Shown piece by piece: positions 16,350 to 16,522 of a stretch of 16,522 nucleotides of DNA. The stretch's first letter is position 1; every line of letters begins with the position of its first letter. Below the pieces are notes generated by a model. It was not told the DNA's origin, ran no database searches, and was given only the letters and a program-made list of their open reading frames with translations. This DNA comes from a bacterium. GTDB taxonomy: Bacteria; SZUA-182; DTGQ01. The DNA is taken from assembly GCA_040752695.1 (NCBI GenBank), contig JBFMGO010000127.1, forward strand, positions 1 through 16,522, written 5' to 3'. Both the position numbers and the translations under genes were made by a program.

Positions 16350-16522
16350 ACGGATTGATAGGCAAGGAAATAAGTCTGCCCATACCCTGGTAGCTATTTT
16401 CCCGCGATAGGCCGATAAAAATTGCAGGCTGTTATTTCAGGGCAGATTTTTCCATACTATTACATGAAATGTACTATATATATTAACCGTTAACTTCCAT
16501 GGTGGTTATGGGTCTCAATGCT

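Overview
Bacterial genomic window, probably Desulfobacterota/Deltaproteobacteria-like (inferred from the mnmG sequence style, sigma-54 sites and REP types). The left half (1-8200) is a surface-glycan locus: GT4 (partial), GT32, GT4 and GT10 alpha-1,3-fucosyltransferase genes on +, then a GC-rich exostosin/GT47-like gene and an MSMEG_0568/NitD-like radical SAM gene on -, then a divergent wzm/wzt ABC exporter. Next comes a cluster of repeats and decayed genes (8200-9060), a C-terminally truncated QueG-like Fe-S gene and an isolated mnmG. The right part has long, hairpin-rich intergenic DNA, a Cys-rich Csp3/DUF326 copper-storage protein with an unexpected N-terminal export signal, a sigma-54-driven 37-aa ORF and an N-acyl amino acid synthase/LuxI-like GNAT. 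Most notable: (1) two different MITEs, one with perfect 20-bp TIRs and an 8-bp TSD, each enclosing the same GTCATTCCCGC...GCGGGAATGAC REP palindrome; (2) an orphan NitD-like radical SAM gene inside a glycan locus; (3) a Csp3-type protein with a non-Tat signal. All family assignments come from motif recognition by eye; no database search was run.
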